NCBI GenBank assembly: GCA_046595695.1
Contig: JBKJOI010000221.1
Coordinates: 1 to 20,654 of the forward strand
Direction of reading: 5' to 3'
Source: Haliangiales bacterium
GTDB lineage: Bacteria; Myxococcota_A; Polyangia; Haliangiales; SHYZ01
DNA length: 20,654 bases
Shown here piece after piece: positions 19,229 to 20,654 of the stretch. The notes under the pieces are model-generated. The model saw nothing but the letters and a program-made list of their open reading frames with translations, ran no database searches and was not told the origin of the DNA. The position numbers and the translations under genes are program-made. Positions within the stretch are counted from its first letter, which is position 1. Each line of letters opens with the position of its first letter.

Positions 19229-19423
19229 ATGAAAACGGGTACGGTCAAGTTCTTCAATGCGGCTAAGGGTTTTGGTTTCATCACTCCTGACGACGGTGGC
19301 AAGGACGTGTTCGTCCACGCCAACGACCTCGGCGGCGCGCTCATCAACGAGGGCTCCAAGGTCGAATTCGAAGTGGTCCAGGGCAAGAAGGGCCCGCAGG
19401 CCAGCAGCGTCAAGGTCGTCTAA
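19229..19423 (+). CDS. cspA: Cold-shock protein, CspA family (cold-shock DNA/RNA-binding domain).
   Basis: [36 protein letters not shown]..., RNP1/RNP2 motifs KGFGFI and VFVHA. 64 aa. ATG 19229 within track ORF 19169..19423. AAGGGG ~10 nt upstream. Confidence 0.9.
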   Translation: MKTGTVKFFNAAKGFGFITPDDGGKDVFVHANDLGGALINEGSKVEFEVVQGKKGPQASSVKVV

Positions 19424-19604
19424 GCAGCTTCGCGTCGACGCGCGATCGTAGAATCGCCAACGCGATCTGGCCTTCGCCAGCAAGTCGCCAGAATCATTCG
19501 CACCAGCGGACAGCACACCGTCAGGCCGAGTCTTCGGTCTGATCGGGAGGCTGGATCGCGTGTGCTCTCGGTTCGAAACCTCGCTTCACCCCACAATCGT
19601 GCCG

Positions 19605-19628
19605 AACGTGACAACGTGACAACGTGAC
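19605..19628. repeat. Perfect tandem octamer repeat (AACGTGAC)3 overlapping the putative GTG start of the downstream hydrolase gene.
   Basis: Read directly: gccgAACGTGACAACGTGACAACGTGACgaag. Confidence 0.8.
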
Positions 19629-20654
19629 GAAGAAGAGCGCGCGCAACCACGTCGACGATCTGCGCGGCGTGAGCCGCCTCGCCATCGAGGCGACCAGGAG
19701 CGTGACCGCCCTGGTCGAGGCGATGCACCGGACGATCGCGGGCGGCCCCGCCATCCTGGGCCGGCCGCTCGAGGGGCCGGCCCGCCTCGTCAGCGGGGTC
19801 GTCTACGGGAGCATCCGCGGCGTCACGCAGCTCGTCGGCGCCGGCATCGATGTCGCGCTCGCGCGCCTCGAGCCCCTGCTCACGCCGCTGCTCGGCGACA
19901 GCGCACCGGGGCCGGAGCGCGAGGCGATGGTCGCAGCGCTGAACGGGGTGCTCGGCGACTACCTGAGCGAGACCAAGAATCCGCTCGCGATCGAGATGCG
20001 TCTGCGCAGCAGCGGCCGTCCGCTGACGCTGGAGCGCGACTCGCTGCGCCAGGCGTTGCCCGAGGCCGGCGGCAAGCTGCTCGTGCTCGTCCACGGCTCG
20101 TGCTTGAACGATCAGCAGTGGCTCAGGAAGGCGCACGACCACGGCGCCGCGCTCGCTCGCGACTTCGGCTACACGCCGGTCTACCTCCACTACAACAGCG
20201 GCCTGCACATCTCGACGAACGGGCAGGCGTTCGCCGGGCTGCTCGAGCAGCTCGTGGCGGCCTGGCCGGCGCCCGTGGAGGAGCTCGCGATCGTGGCCCA
20301 CAGCATGGGCGGCCTGGTCTCGCGCAGCGCGTGCCACTTCGCCGAGACCGCCGGCCACGCGTGGCTGCGCCGGCTGAGCAAGCTCATCTGCCTGGGCTCG
20401 CCCCACCACGGCGCGCCGCTCGAGCGCGGCGGCAACTGGCTCGAGGTGCTGCTCGGCATCAGCCGGTACAGCGCGCCCTTCGCGCAGCTCGCCAAGCTGC
20501 GCAGCGCCGGCGTCACCGACATGCGCTTCGGCAACGTGCTCGACGCGCACTGGGACGGGCACGACCGCTTCTCGCGCCACGACGACCCGCGCGGCCAGCT
20601 GAGCCTTCCTGCCGGCGTGCAGTGCTACGCCATCGCGGCGACGCTCTCGCCCGG
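19624..20654 (+). CDS. Alpha/beta-hydrolase (PGAP1-like / lipase class 2-like serine esterase), 3'-partial, running off the window end.
   Basis: Not in the track because there is no stop before the window end. Manual translation from GTG ~19624: VTKKSARNHVDDLRG...KLLVLVHGSCLNDQQW...ELAIVAHSMGGLVSRSA (GxSxG nucleophile elbow, identical to the IVAHSMGG of lipase class 2)...ICLGSPHHGAP.. An in-frame TGA lies at ~19609. The start is uncertain (no SD). An internal ATG at ~19726 is an alternative. The antisense track ORF 19420..20580 is Arg-junk. Confidence 0.65.
   Translation, partial: MTKKSARNHVDDLRGVSRLAIEATRSVTALVEAMHRTIAGGPAILGRPLEGPARLVSGVVYGSIRGVTQLVGAGIDVALARLEPLLTPLLGDSAPGPEREAMVAALNGVLGDYLSETKNPLAIEMRLRSSGRPLTLERDSLRQALPEAGGKLLVLVHGSCLNDQQWLRKAHDHGAALARDFGYTPVYLHYNSGLHISTNGQAFAGLLEQLVAAWPAPVEELAIVAHSMGGLVSRSACHFAETAGHAWLRRLSKLICLGSPHHGAPLERGGNWLEVLLGISRYSAPFAQLAKLRSAGVTDMRFGNVLDAHWDGHDRFSRHDDPRGQLSLPAGVQCYAIAATLSP

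Overview
This is a high-GC (~70%) Gram-negative chromosomal segment. Arg-rich antisense ORFs, lipoboxes and outer-membrane signals are everywhere; the codon style suggests a Myxococcota-like or other high-GC lineage, but that is inference. All coordinates I derived by hand may be off by 1-2 nt, because my base counting drifted by 1 nt in a few places relative to the ORF track. Track coordinates are used wherever possible.

Features in window order:
- 116..787 (+): C-terminal two thirds of a GH18 (chitinase / Endo-H-like) domain, 5'-disrupted.
- 800..2380 (-): convergent metzincin zinc-protease lipoprotein with a (PE)6 linker.
- 2381..2674: divergent promoter region.
- 2675..5932 and 5945..7279 (+): a translationally coupled SusC/RagA TonB-dependent transporter and SusD/RagB lipoprotein pair. 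Together with the GH18 and metzincin genes this looks like a polysaccharide-utilisation-locus-like unit.
- 7280..7658: a 380-bp non-coding stretch with two tandem 34-bp palindromic repeats.
- 7659..7997 (-): small unknown protein.
- 8059..8181 (-): C-terminal fragment of a VOC/glyoxalase-family protein.
- 8274..9971 (-): a 565-aa di-heme c-type cytochrome lipoprotein of the CCP/MauG/RoxA superfamily. Its upstream region (10020..10240) is conspicuously low-GC (~45%) and carries a perfect 10-bp inverted repeat.
- ~10239..10346 (-): Crp/Fnr HTH fragment.
- 10395..11009 (-): DTW-domain protein.
- 11295..11879 (+): Pro/Ala-rich hypothetical protein.
- 11978..11993: perfect palindrome between convergent genes.
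- 12070..12971 (-): frameshifted gene.
- 13053..13310 (+): small addiction-module-antitoxin-like ORF.
- 13440..13913 (+): N-terminally truncated Coq4-like (HDxxH...E) ORF, in the same frame as the antitoxin-like ORF and opening immediately after its TGA.
- 13952..13975: (GGATTT)4 microsatellite.
- 13993..15900 (-): flotillin/SPFH protein, with a candidate sigma-54 promoter at 15931..15946.
- 16040..17512 (+): divergent sigma-54-dependent NtrC-like activator.
- 17540..17812 (-): ribbon-helix-helix small protein.
- 17921..19036 (-): membrane M23 peptidase.
- 19229..19423 (+): CspA-family cold-shock protein.
- ~19624..20654 (+): 3'-partial alpha/beta hydrolase (PGAP1 / lipase-class-2-like) whose start lies in an (AACGTGAC)3 tandem repeat.

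No rRNA, tRNA or CRISPR array was detected.
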